Shown here piece by piece: positions 17,871-26,978 of a stretch of DNA of 64,000 nucleotides (position 1 is its first letter; each line of letters opens with the position of its first letter). The translations under genes were made by a program, and so were the position numbers. The notes beneath the pieces were generated by a model, which worked only from the letters and a program-made list of their open reading frames with translations, did not search any database and was not told the origin of the DNA. The stretch comes from an uncultured Actinomycetes bacterium (GTDB lineage: Bacteria > Actinomycetota > Thermoleophilia > Gaiellales > Gaiellaceae), in NCBI GenBank assembly GCA_963775625.1, contig CAVZJM010000005.1:971-64970 (forward strand), written 5' to 3'.

Positions 17871-19308
17871 CTACGAGACGGGCGGACGGGCGAGCTTGAG
17901 ATCGCCGCTCGACGCGTCGTTGTAGCTCACGACCGGCAGCCCGTCCGCGCCGAGCGCGATCGACGTGTGACGGCCGACGTTGCCGGGCGTGTCCAGAGCG
18001 GCGGCCTGGTTTCCGGAGGTGCAGGCGGCGTTGCCGCAGTGGAGGACCTTGAGATCGTTCGTCGCTCCGTCGAAGTAGCTGACCACCGGGAAGCCGTCCG
18101 CGCCGATGGCGATCGACGTGTCGTAGCCGAGCGGATCGGCCGACGTGTCGACGGGCGTGGTGACGTTGCCCGCGACACAGGAGGCATCGCCGCAGTGGAG
18201 GACCTTGAGGTCGCCGGTAGTCCCGTCGCGATAGCTCACAACCGGGAGCCCGTCGGTCCCGATCGCCAGGGAGCTGAAGTCGCCCACCCAGCCGTCCGCT
18301 GTCGACGGTGGTCGTGCTCCCGGAGCTGCAGGCGGCGTTCGCGCAGTGGAAGATCAAGAGGTTGCCGTCGTCGAGGTCGAAGTAGCTGATCACCGGGAGG
18401 TCGTCGGCGCCCACGGCGATCGAGGTGTCGGTGTCCGCCCCCACGGGGCCGGGGTCGGCCACGTTGATCGAGTTCCCGGAGGTGCAGGCGGCGTTGCCGC
18501 AATGGAGGACCTTGAGGTCGCCGTTCGTGACGTCGGCGTAGCTCACCACCGGCAGGCCGTCGGCGCCGATCGCCAGCGACGTGTCGGATCCGACGTTCGC
18601 GGGGCCGGTGTCGACGGACGTCACCTGGTTCCCCGACGTGCACGCGATGGTGCCGCAGTGCAGGACCTTCAGGTCGAAGTTCGTCACGTCCTTGTAGCTC
18701 ACGACCGGCAGGCCGTCCGCGCCGATCGCGAGGGAGGTGTCCGTGCCGACGCCTCCGGGGCTGTCGACGGTGGTGGCCTGGTTCCCGGCCGTGCACGCCT
18801 CGTTCCCGCAGTGAAGGATCTTCAGATCGGCGCTCAGGTCACCGCTCGTCGCGTCCCGGTAGCTCATCACCGGAAGCCCGTCGACTCCGATCGCGACGGA
18901 CGTGTGGTCGCCCACGACGCCGGCCGAGTCCAGCGTGACGACGAGCGGCGCGCCGCACACCTCGGCCGGGAAGGAGCGCGGGCTCGCGCTCGCCCGGGAG
19001 CAGTAGGCCTGGAGCCCGCTCTCGCCGGTCTCGCCCTTGAGCGCGAAGAGCGCGTCGGCCGCCGAGGTCGTGTAGTAGCGGCCGTCGGAGTCGGCCTTGG
19101 TGTAGTAGCGGGCGTCCGAGGCGGCCTTCTTGTAGTAGCGGGCGTCCGACTGCTTCTTCGTGTAGAAGAGCTTCACTGCCATGGGCTTCATGTGCTTGGC
19201 CCAGAGGTGGTTCACGCTCGTGCTGACATGCCCGCCCGCCGGAGTCGCGAGCATCGCCACGAGCACCAGTCCCAGGCAGAGGAGCGCGACGCCACGCCGG
19301 GTGCGCAT
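17871..19308 (-). CDS. secreted 7-repeat (propeller-like) protein with one Cys pair per repeat, interrupted by a frameshift
   Basis: Signal peptide, then three ~10-aa SDARYY(K/T)K repeats, then seven ~47-aa repeats of the form (S/T)S(L/I)AIGADGLPVVSY.D...GDLKVLHCGN.ACTSGN. Repeats 1-4 are in the frame of ORF 17830..19308 and repeats 5-7 in ORF 17871..18287. The frames join near 18290..18300. Confidence 0.7.
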
Positions 19309-19480
19309 GATGTTCCCTAATGCCCCGTCAGGTAATGCCGCCTAGCTTCTGCGTCGTGAGCACCAAGCATGAGTCCGCACTCGGCCGCGGCCAAGGCTGG
19401 ATGCCTTGGCAAGGTCGAGGGTGGGCTCAGGCGCCGCGTGATCGCGGGGCAGAAGCAGGCATGTATTGCCTGATGGGGCA

Positions 19481-21415
19481 TCAGCCGGACTGCAGGCCGG
19501 CCACGACGACGAAGTCGCCGGCCGTCTCGGGGTCGGAGTACATCTGCCCCTCGACGAGCGAGCCGAGCGGCGGCCAGTCGTAGTACGTCGGCCAGCCGTT
19601 CGACTCCGAGGGGAGCACGATCCGGTTGCAGACGATCGGGCCGCTCGTGTGGAAGTTCTCGTGCACGGTGCAGTCGCCGTTGGCGTAGATGAGGCCCTGG
19701 AAGCCTGACGGCTCCGTGGGACCCTGGGTCGCGCCCTGGTCGTACTCGGCGTCGCCGCCGGCCAGGACGATCATCATGTTCTGGGTCGGGTCCCAGTTCT
19801 CCATGCCGGTGTCGATGCAGGACGACGTCCCGGAACCGCCAGCGCAGACGATCTCGTCGAACTCGAGGTCGTCGGTGGCGTAGATGATGCCGCGGCCCTG
19901 GTAGTGGGCAACCGAGCCGTCGTCGTCGAAGCGGAAGTCGCCGTCGATGTAGATCGTGCCCTTGATCTTGAGCACGTGCGTCACGTGGTTCCAGGAGAGC
20001 TCGCCGACGAGGTTTCCGAGCGAGTCGTGCACCTGGCACGTGTAGCTCGAGCTGATCGGCGTCACCTCGGCCGAGCCTGGAACGCTGTTGTCGAGGACGG
20101 AGTTGGTGTCGAACCCGCCGGGGAAGCTGCCGGTGGTGCAGTTGTGCTTCGGCCCGGGCTTGGCGTTCTCGTACCAGTAGGCGAGGTCGACCGCGGGCTT
20201 CGACAGGTTCTGCGGCGCCGTGCCGATCGCGTTCGCCCAGACCTTGTCCACGGAAGAACACGGCGAGTGTGGCGTCTGGGCGTTGTACTGGCACGTGCCG
20301 GCGACCTGGGCGCTGGCGAGGGGCGTGCCTGCGGTGCCGATCGTGGTCGTCGGCGGCGGGTTGTAGTAGACCCTGATGGTGACGTGGTCGACCGAGGCGG
20401 TGCGCGACGAGGCGGTCAGGTTCAGCGCCTTGAGGCGGAGCCCGAAGTTCGACGCCTCGACCTGCGCCTCGGTCCACGTCGTGCCCCAGAGGTCGGTGCC
20501 GGAACCGTAGGTCCGGGTCGAGTCGGAGGTCGTCCAGTCGGTCGTGGACGCCTTGTCGCTTCCGGAGGGTGCGCCCGCCTTCAGGAGGTAGACGTCGTAG
20601 TCCTCGATGGAGTTGGAGTTGCTCGCCATCCGCTCGATGGTGGCCTCGATGCCCACGACCGTGGAGCCCGTGGGCAGGTTGACGCCGAAGCCCGTGACGT
20701 CGAGGTTCGCGCTCTGGGCGCTTGCGCCCAGCGTCGCCGTCGCGCGCACGTTGTTGCTCGAGTAGACGTTCGACGAGGTCGTCCAGCCGGTCGCCGCGCT
20801 CGGGTTGCGTAGCGCCGACGTGCCCGCCGGGGTCATCGTCACGTCGTCTCCGACCTCGACGGTCGTGTTCGCCCCCGAGATCGTGGCGCTTCCGACCAGA
20901 CAGAGGTCGCCGCGCGTCGCGATCGGCATCGTGATGTTCACGTCCTGGATCGTCAGACAGCTCGTCGTCGAGTCCGCGTACCACCGGTTCCACGCGGCGA
21001 CGTTGGCGCCGCTGTTCAGGCCGTAGACCTGCGCGCTGCGGGTGAGCGTGCGCGTGATGTCTGCGGCCCCGGCCGGGTTGTCCACGGTGCCGGTGGAGGT
21101 GATCGTCCACGTCTCGCCGGAGAGCGTCCCCGAGTAGGTGACGCTCCCACCCTCGAGCTGGAGGGTCGTCGAGCCGAGGAGCGAGCCCGTGAGCGGGCTC
21201 AGGGAGCTGTTGAGGACCGAGAAGGCCTGCGCGATCCCGGCCTCGGCAAGGGTGTAGGCGGTCTCACGGCCCTTGGACGCGCTGGCGCTCCTGGCGTTCG
21301 AGGTCGAGTAGTAGATGAGCGTCGCGCCGGTGAGCGAGAGCACGCCGAGGATGCCGATCGACATGATCAGCGTAATGCCCTCCTGGGCTCTGATGTGACG
21401 TCGGAAAAGCCGCAT
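19481..21415 (-). CDS. large PilX-like minor pilin / pilus-associated protein
   Basis: The likely start MRLFRRHIRAQEGITLIMSIGILGVLSLTGATLIYY (PilX N-terminal type helix) lies 6 nt after the upstream stop. The ~600-aa Thr/Ser/Gly-rich beta-type body contains several Cys. Confidence 0.6.
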   Translation of the reverse strand: MRLFRRHIRAQEGITLIMSIGILGVLSLTGATLIYYSTSNARSASASKGRETAYTLAEAGIAQAFSVLNSSLSPLTGSLLGSTTLQLEGGSVTYSGTLSGETWTITSTGTVDNPAGAADITRTLTRSAQVYGLNSGANVAAWNRWYADSTTSCLTIQDVNITMPIATRGDLCLVGSATISGANTTVEVGDDVTMTPAGTSALRNPSAATGWTTSSNVYSSNNVRATATLGASAQSANLDVTGFGVNLPTGSTVVGIEATIERMASNSNSIEDYDVYLLKAGAPSGSDKASTTDWTTSDSTRTYGSGTDLWGTTWTEAQVEASNFGLRLKALNLTASSRTASVDHVTIRVYYNPPPTTTIGTAGTPLASAQVAGTCQYNAQTPHSPCSSVDKVWANAIGTAPQNLSKPAVDLAYWYENAKPGPKHNCTTGSFPGGFDTNSVLDNSVPGSAEVTPISSSYTCQVHDSLGNLVGELSWNHVTHVLKIKGTIYIDGDFRFDDDGSVAHYQGRGIIYATDDLEFDEIVCAGGSGTSSCIDTGMENWDPTQNMMIVLAGGDAEYDQGATQGPTEPSGFQGLIYANGDCTVHENFHTSGPIVCNRIVLPSESNGWPTYYDWPPLGSLVEGQMYSDPETAGDFVVVAGLQSG

Positions 21416-21420
21416 GGAAA

Positions 21421-21963
21421 CTAGGCGCGCGTGGTGTTCCTGAGGACAATGTCGGCAACAAGGCGCCACTTCTTCCATGCCTCGTTCGGGTAGACGTTCA
21501 CCGGCATGTCAACGGTCAGGCGGCCGAGCGCCGTGGTCGAGGGCGCCGTGTAGGCGAAGACGTTCCCGGACGTGATGTAGTCAGCGATCGGGACGGCGGA
21601 CCCGCTCCCCTTCTTGCGGCGCAGCTTGTAGCGGTTCGTCCCGGCGGAAGCGGTGTCGTAGACGACGGTGGTCTGCGTTCCCGCCGCGCTGGGGCAGCCC
21701 GGGGGCAGGGTGATCGTGACGGACGCTGCGCTCGTGAACGTCAACGAGCTCGCGCAGTGGATCTCGCGCCGCATCTGGTCGAAGGCGACCCGCGCGCTCA
21801 GCTGCGCCTGGAAGCGTCGGTTCGCGTCGAGCTCCGCCTTGGCGCCCGACACGAAGAGGGTCGTCAGCGTGGAGACGACGATCAGGAAGATGGTGAGGAC
21901 GGCGAGGAGCTCGATGAGCGTGTAGCCGCCCCGGCCGCGGAGCGTCCTACCGATGCGCTTCAC
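21421..21963 (-). CDS. minor pilin / pseudopilin with prepilin-type N-terminal methylation motif
   Basis: MKRIGRTLRGRGGYTLIELLAVLTIFLIVVSTL is a class III signal. Confidence 0.8.
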   Translation of the reverse strand: MKRIGRTLRGRGGYTLIELLAVLTIFLIVVSTLTTLFVSGAKAELDANRRFQAQLSARVAFDQMRREIHCASSLTFTSAASVTITLPPGCPSAAGTQTTVVYDTASAGTNRYKLRRKKGSGSAVPIADYITSGNVFAYTAPSTTALGRLTVDMPVNVYPNEAWKKWRLVADIVLRNTTRA

Positions 21964-21966
21964 GGG

Positions 21967-22866
21967 TCAGCCTTTCTGGCTCTCGACCCAGGCGAGCATC
22001 CTGCGGGCGACCTGCTCGCTCTTGGCGCCGAAGCCGAATCGGACGGACAGGCTGCGGTCGACCTGAACGAGGGTGCGCAGTGCGTCGTCGCCGTTTCGCC
22101 AGCCGAAGCCGGCGCCGGTGACGATCCAGGCGTGCTGGTAGAGCCAGTGCCCCACGAACTTCTCCCCGGGCCGCGACGTGAGCGCGCTCACGCGGCGCTC
22201 GAGCTTCTTCGCGCGCCGCGGGAGCGGCATCTCGTCGACGGGCTCGCCCGGCACGCCCGGAACGACGAAGTCCGGGGTGCGATAGTCGCTCTGCTTCGGC
22301 TTGGGGGCGGGCGCCGGAGCAGGGGCGGGGGGCGCTGCGGCCGTGGTCGTCGGCGCCGGTGCGGTCGTGGTCGGGGCCGGAGCGGTGGTCGCCGGCGGCG
22401 CAGGAGCGGTCTCGGCGGGAGGCTGCTCCGCGTGCCAGTCGCTCATGAGCACGATCGGCGTGCCGTCGTACGGGGACTTGTTCTCGGGCACGCCGCGCTC
22501 GGCGTACTCGTTGCTCCGCGAGAGGGTGACGACGACGAGGGGGGCGCCGTTGTCGACGACCCGCGTGCCCGCGGCGGGCGACTGGGTCGCGACCGTGTTG
22601 GCGGCGTAGCCCTTCACCGGGCCCTCGACCTGCCAGGCGAACCCCTCGTCCTGAAGGATCCCCTTCGCGAAGACGTACGCCTGGGGCTTCACGTCGGGGA
22701 CGACGAGGATCTCCGGCTGTGCGGGCTCGCCGGCGGCGGGGGCGGTCGTGGCGGTTTCCGAGCCCTGGGGGCCTCCGGCCGCGAGCGTCCAGCTGGCAGC
22801 CGCGAGCAGCCAGATCACCACGAGAGCGATCAGGCGCGGGGCGAGCGTAGCCAGACGGGCCGCCAT
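21967..22866 (-). CDS. membrane-anchored protein with PASTA-like domain, Pro/Thr/Ala linker and unknown C-terminal domain
   Basis: The real start is the ATG at 22866 (MAARLATLAPRLIALVVIWLLAAASW). The PASTA-like segment is VPDVKPQAYVFAKGILQDEGFAWQVEGPVKGYAANTVATQSPAAGTRV. The upstream part of ORF 21967..23295 is a shadow frame. Confidence 0.5.
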   Translation of the reverse strand: MAARLATLAPRLIALVVIWLLAAASWTLAAGGPQGSETATTAPAAGEPAQPEILVVPDVKPQAYVFAKGILQDEGFAWQVEGPVKGYAANTVATQSPAAGTRVVDNGAPLVVVTLSRSNEYAERGVPENKSPYDGTPIVLMSDWHAEQPPAETAPAPPATTAPAPTTTAPAPTTTAAAPPAPAPAPAPKPKQSDYRTPDFVVPGVPGEPVDEMPLPRRAKKLERRVSALTSRPGEKFVGHWLYQHAWIVTGAGFGWRNGDDALRTLVQVDRSLSVRFGFGAKSEQVARRMLAWVESQKG

Positions 22867-22919
22867 GCAGTCCCAATCGGCAGCCCAGGGCGAAAGATCA
22901 AGCCCCTTCGCGGTATGAA

Positions 22920-24797
22920 CTACGGAGCGTTCGTCGTAAAGCGGATGACCCGCTTGCGGATCACCTTCACGACTCGCTGGCCCGGCGCCGCGGCGACCTG
23001 CTTCAGGCCGTTCATCGCGACCGCCTCGGAGCGGTCGGGGGTCGCCCCGTCCTGCCACCGGAAGGCGATGCCGGCGAAGGCCTGGAACCAGGGCTCGGCC
23101 TGCGGATAGCGCGCGGTCGGCGCGAACTGGAGATGGAGGTGCGGGCCGGTCGAGTTGCCGGTGGAGCCGACGCGGCCGACGAGCTGGCCGGCACGGAGCG
23201 CCCCGCCGCGAACGACGCCGGGATCGAGCGAGGAGAGGTGGCAGTAGAGGAACTCCTCGCCGGTGGTCGTCCGCAGCATGAGCCCGATTCCGCACTTGCC
23301 CGAGTCGATCGCGAAGACATGGGTGACGACCGCCTCGTGCAGGGCATAGAGCGGCGAGCCGAACGGAGCGGCGATGTCGGCCGCCGGGTAGTCGTGGTGC
23401 GTGTGCGCCGTCGAGACGTTCGCCGCCCCGCCGCCGACGGGGAAGACCCAGCCGTCGAACGACTGCTGCCCCCCGGCGGCCACTCCTGCTCTCCAGGCGA
23501 CCAGGTACGGATAGGGGTTGACGACGCCGTCGTAGCCCTGCGCGCTCAGCTCGGACGGGTGCATCTCGAAGTGGACGTGGGGCGAGGTGCCGACCGCGTC
23601 GCCGGTCGCGCCGACGAAGCCGATCACATCGCCCGCGCGGACGACGGCGCCGTCGCGGGCGAGCGGCGTGAAGTCCGAGAGGTGCGCGTAGTAGAACTCG
23701 TTCCCGAGGGCGTCGCGGAGCCAGAGACGGTTGCCGCCGACGTCGTTCCAGCCGACGTTGAAGAGCGACCCGTCGGCGACGGCCACGAGCGGTGTCCCCA
23801 GCGGCGCGAAGATGTCGTTCCCGTGATGCCAGGTCGTCGTGCGCGGCACGCCGAAGTCGTCCGAGAAGGACGCCTCACCGGCGACCGGGAAGACGTAGCC
23901 GCCTCCGGCGAGGCCGGTACCGAGGGCCGCAGCCTCCTGCGCGGCCTTCACCCTCTTCAGCGCCTCGACGGCCCCGGCGAAGCGGGCCCGAAGCCTGTCG
24001 ATCCTGGCCTGCGAAGCGCGCTCGACGTCGCCGAGCTGCGAGAGCCGGGCGTCAAGCTGGGCGAACTGCGCGTCCGTCAGCCTCGGGTTGCCGAGGCGCC
24101 GCTCGAGCCGGAGGCGCTGCCAGTCGCGCGCGCCCACCCGCCCAAGGGCGCGGTCGAGCGCGTCCGAGAGTCGCTGGACGCGCGTGCGGGCCCGCTCCAG
24201 CCGCGCGCCGAGATCCGGGCCCGTGGCGGCGGCGAACGCCGTCGGCGGACCGGGAGTGAAGGGAGCGCCGCCCAGCGTCGAGGCCAGCGCGAGCACGTCG
24301 TCGACGTACCACTGCGCGTGGTTGTAGGCGAAGATCGCGCGCTCGATCGACTCGTGGGCGCCGGCGGCCGCGAGGTAGCGGGCGGCCGCGAAGACGGCGT
24401 CCTCGGGATCCCACGGGTTGGCGAGCCCGTCGCCGTCCGCGTCCATCCCCCACCGCATCCAGGTCGAGGGCATGAACTGCATCCAGCCGACCGCGCCTGC
24501 CGAGCTCGGCCCCATGTTCTGCCCGTAGCCCGACTCGATCTTGTTGATCGCGCCGAGCACCTGCCAGGGGACGCCGTAGCCCTCGCCGGCCTGCTTCCAG
24601 AGCGTCACGAGCTGCTCGTATGAGCGAACCTCGGGGCGCGCCGGGGGCCGAGAGAGGGACGGGACGCGGATCGAGCCGGGGGAGTTGGGAACCCGGTAGC
24701 TCGGCAGGCTCCCCGGAGTCGCGGAGAGCTGACTGGAGGCCGCGGGAATCGCCGCCAGTGCGAACACGGCGACGAGGACGGAGACGACGCGGATCAT
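22920..24797 (-). CDS. secreted murein hydrolase: lytic transglycosylase (SLT) domain + coiled coil + two M23 peptidase domains
   Basis: Signal peptide. SLT motifs INKIESGYG and GWMQFMPSTW. Two M23 modules with HHGNDI...SPHVHFEMH and HHDYPAADI...GPHLHLQF. Confidence 0.8.
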   Translation of the reverse strand: MIRVVSVLVAVFALAAIPAASSQLSATPGSLPSYRVPNSPGSIRVPSLSRPPARPEVRSYEQLVTLWKQAGEGYGVPWQVLGAINKIESGYGQNMGPSSAGAVGWMQFMPSTWMRWGMDADGDGLANPWDPEDAVFAAARYLAAAGAHESIERAIFAYNHAQWYVDDVLALASTLGGAPFTPGPPTAFAAATGPDLGARLERARTRVQRLSDALDRALGRVGARDWQRLRLERRLGNPRLTDAQFAQLDARLSQLGDVERASQARIDRLRARFAGAVEALKRVKAAQEAAALGTGLAGGGYVFPVAGEASFSDDFGVPRTTTWHHGNDIFAPLGTPLVAVADGSLFNVGWNDVGGNRLWLRDALGNEFYYAHLSDFTPLARDGAVVRAGDVIGFVGATGDAVGTSPHVHFEMHPSELSAQGYDGVVNPYPYLVAWRAGVAAGGQQSFDGWVFPVGGGAANVSTAHTHHDYPAADIAAPFGSPLYALHEAVVTHVFAIDSGKCGIGLMLRTTTGEEFLYCHLSSLDPGVVRGGALRAGQLVGRVGSTGNSTGPHLHLQFAPTARYPQAEPWFQAFAGIAFRWQDGATPDRSEAVAMNGLKQVAAAPGQRVVKVIRKRVIRFTTNAP

Positions 24798-25996
24798 TGA
24801 TCCGAGGTCGCCAGCCGCAGGCCGGGCCCCGGATCCGCTTCCGGCTCGGGCTCCGGCTCGGCCTCGTCCTCCGCAAGGCTCGAAAAGTCGACGGCTGCGG
24901 TCTTGCCCTCCTCGGCGGCGCGCTTCCTGCGCAGCGCCTGCTCGACCGCGATCTCGAAGTCGTGGCGGTTGCTGGCCGCCGCCGCAGCGACCTCGAGCTC
25001 GACGACGTCGTCGACGACGAGCTCGACGAGGTGCTGAGAGAAGCTCTGCATGTGGTGGTACGCGCCGTCCTCGATCGCCTCGGTGAGACCGTGGGTCTTC
25101 TCCGGCTCGCGGATCAGGTCGGCGATGCGCGCCGTGTTGACCATCACCTCGATCGCCGCCACGCGGCCCCCGACCTTGCGCGGGACGAGCCGCTGGCTGA
25201 CGACGCCCCGGAGGGTGCCGGCCAGGATCTCCCGCACCATCATCTGCTTCTGGGGCGGGTAGAACTCGATGAGCCTCCCGATCGTCTCCGCGGCGTCGAG
25301 GGTGTGCAGCGTCGAAAAGACCAGGTGCCCGGACTCGGCCGCCTGGAGCGCGGTCTGGGTCGACTCCTCGTCGCGCAGCTCGCCGATGAGGATCACGTCG
25401 GGGTCCTGGCGGAGCACCCGGCGCAAGGCCTGACTGTAGGACTCGGTGTCGAGCCCGATCTCGCGCTGGTTGACGATGGACGCCCAGTCGTCGTGGATGA
25501 ACTCGATCGGGTCCTCGATCGTGACGATGTGCTGCTTGCGGTTGCGGTTGATCCAGTTGAGCATCGCCGCGAGCGTCGTCGACTTCCCGGACCCGGTCGC
25601 GCCCGTGACGAGGACGAGCCCGCGGTGCTCCTCGGAGAGCTTGGCCACGCCCTCGGGGAGGCCCAGGCGCTCGAAGCTCGGGATCTCCTTGGGCACGAAG
25701 CGAAAGGCGAACGAGATCGAGCCGCGCTGCCGGAAGCCGTTGACGCGGAAGCGCCCCAGCCCGTGGGCGAGGTACGAGGTGTCGAGCTCGCCCGATTCGA
25801 GGAACTGCTCCCGCTTGGCGGGCGAGCGGTCGGTGACGAGCAGCAGAACGGTCTCGAGGTCTGAGTCCGTCAGGATCCGCTGCTCCAGCGGCTGCAGGTC
25901 GCCGTCGACACGGACCATGGCCGGAGAGGACACCTTCAGGTGCATGTCGCTTCCTCCAGCGTCGATGACGCGTGCCAGCAGCTCGTCCAGGTTCAT
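24794..25996 (-). CDS. second PilT/PilU-family retraction ATPase
   Basis: Walker A GATGSGKSTT, plus motifs IVTIEDPIEF, ILIGELRDEES and SGHLVFSTLHT. It has an acidic C-terminal tail. Confidence 0.85.
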   Translation of the reverse strand: MNLDELLARVIDAGGSDMHLKVSSPAMVRVDGDLQPLEQRILTDSDLETVLLLVTDRSPAKREQFLESGELDTSYLAHGLGRFRVNGFRQRGSISFAFRFVPKEIPSFERLGLPEGVAKLSEEHRGLVLVTGATGSGKSTTLAAMLNWINRNRKQHIVTIEDPIEFIHDDWASIVNQREIGLDTESYSQALRRVLRQDPDVILIGELRDEESTQTALQAAESGHLVFSTLHTLDAAETIGRLIEFYPPQKQMMVREILAGTLRGVVSQRLVPRKVGGRVAAIEVMVNTARIADLIREPEKTHGLTEAIEDGAYHHMQSFSQHLVELVVDDVVELEVAAAAASNRHDFEIAVEQALRRKRAAEEGKTAAVDFSSLAEDEAEPEPEPEADPGPGLRLATSDQ

Positions 25997-26094
25997 GACG
26001 ACCTGGACGCCATCGGCGGGGCGTCGGAAGCCGCTTTAGCTCAAAGGGGGGATGAAGGCCTGGAGCCGGCCTCAGCTACACTGAGCCGCGCCTC

Positions 26095-26176
26095 GGGGGA
26101 GTACCCGAGTGGCCAAAGGGGACGGGCTGTAAACCCGTTGGCTCAGCCTACGTAGGTTCGAATCCTACCTCCCCCA
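26095..26176 (+). tRNA. tRNA-Tyr (anticodon GTA), long variable arm, no encoded CCA
   Basis: Hand-folded as follows: acceptor GGGGGAG/CTCCCCC, anticodon stem ACGGG/CCCGT with loop CTGTAAA, variable stem GGCT/AGCC, and T arm GTAGG-TTCGAAT-CCTAC. Confidence 0.9.
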
Positions 26177-26194
26177 TTTCGCCCCGCATGGCTC

Positions 26195-26224
26195 CCGCGA
26201 CCCCGCTGTTCATGCGGGTCGCGG
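26195..26224. terminator. stem-loop between tRNA-Tyr and the GNAT gene 3' end
   Basis: CCGCGACCCCGC / GCGGGTCGCGG with one bulged C and loop TGTTCAT. Confidence 0.4.
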
Positions 26225-26248
26225 TGTTCAGGGGCCGGGAAATCGCCC

Positions 26249-26716
26249 TCAGATCGACTTTTCGTAGAAGACGCTCGTCTCGATCGCTCGCGGGGACATG
26301 TCCAGGTAGTCGCCGAAGGGATCGCATTGCTCAAAGCCGGCACGCAGGTAGAACGCGATGGCTTCGGCCTGATACATGCCGGTTTCGAGCCGAAGAACCG
26401 AGTATCCGGCGCTTTTCGCTTCTCCTTCCAGATGTCGGAGCACGGCCATGGCGACACCCTGCCGCCGGGCTGTCGGCTGCGTGAACATCCGCTTCACCTC
26501 GGCGAAACCGTCGTAGAAGGCGACACCGCCGCAGCCCACGGCAACGCCGTCAACTCGTGCGGCGAAGAACCTGACGTTGCTTTCGAAGAGTCGCTCGAGC
26601 GGAAGGGAGTGATGCTGCTCCGGCAGGTAGGGACCGGTGAGAGCCCGATCCAGCTCGGCCAGGAGTTGCCTGATCTCGTCGGTTGCGACCGATACCCGCT
26701 CAATCGTCAAGCCCAC
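26249..26716 (-). CDS. GNAT family N-acetyltransferase
   Basis: 155 aa with the acetyl-CoA binding motif region RRQGVAMAVLRHLEGEAKSAGY. It uses noticeably more A/T-ending codons than its neighbours. Confidence 0.85.
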   Translation of the reverse strand: MGLTIERVSVATDEIRQLLAELDRALTGPYLPEQHHSLPLERLFESNVRFFAARVDGVAVGCGGVAFYDGFAEVKRMFTQPTARRQGVAMAVLRHLEGEAKSAGYSVLRLETGMYQAEAIAFYLRAGFEQCDPFGDYLDMSPRAIETSVFYEKSI

Positions 26717-26978
26717 CGGTCGCTCCTCGCCACGTAAGTGGGATTGGGCATGGCCGCAGGGAAAACGCCCTCTCCGCCGTTAGTGATACGGCGGCAGACA
26801 GGCCAGGAAGGTACGGAGATCGGCATACATCTCGCATTCCAGCAAGAAGCACGCGCGGAGGGCAGGACGGCCCGGCCCATCGTAGGATCGGGCCGCGTCC
26901 TCGCGCGGCCTCACCTTCGCACAGCTCGCGGCGAGGGTGACGGTTGATCGGGCCGAACCGGGCAGCCGACGCCACGGC

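Noticed and set aside
19317-21110. 597-aa ORF overlapping the PilX-like gene in another frame, and plus-strand ORFs 19904..20812 and 21757..23109
   Set aside because: They have Arg/Asp/Gly/Pro-rich composition and no start context. The frame at 19481..21415 has a pilin-type N-terminal helix and a plausible secreted-protein composition.
26717-26978. Possible small gene or integrase remnant in the non-coding part of the tRNA-Tyr islet (for example the tail ...CFLLECEMYADLRTFLACLPPYH of ORF 26780..27319)
   Set aside because: It is too short, has no start context and matches no motif I recognise. Nothing can be called from sequence alone.
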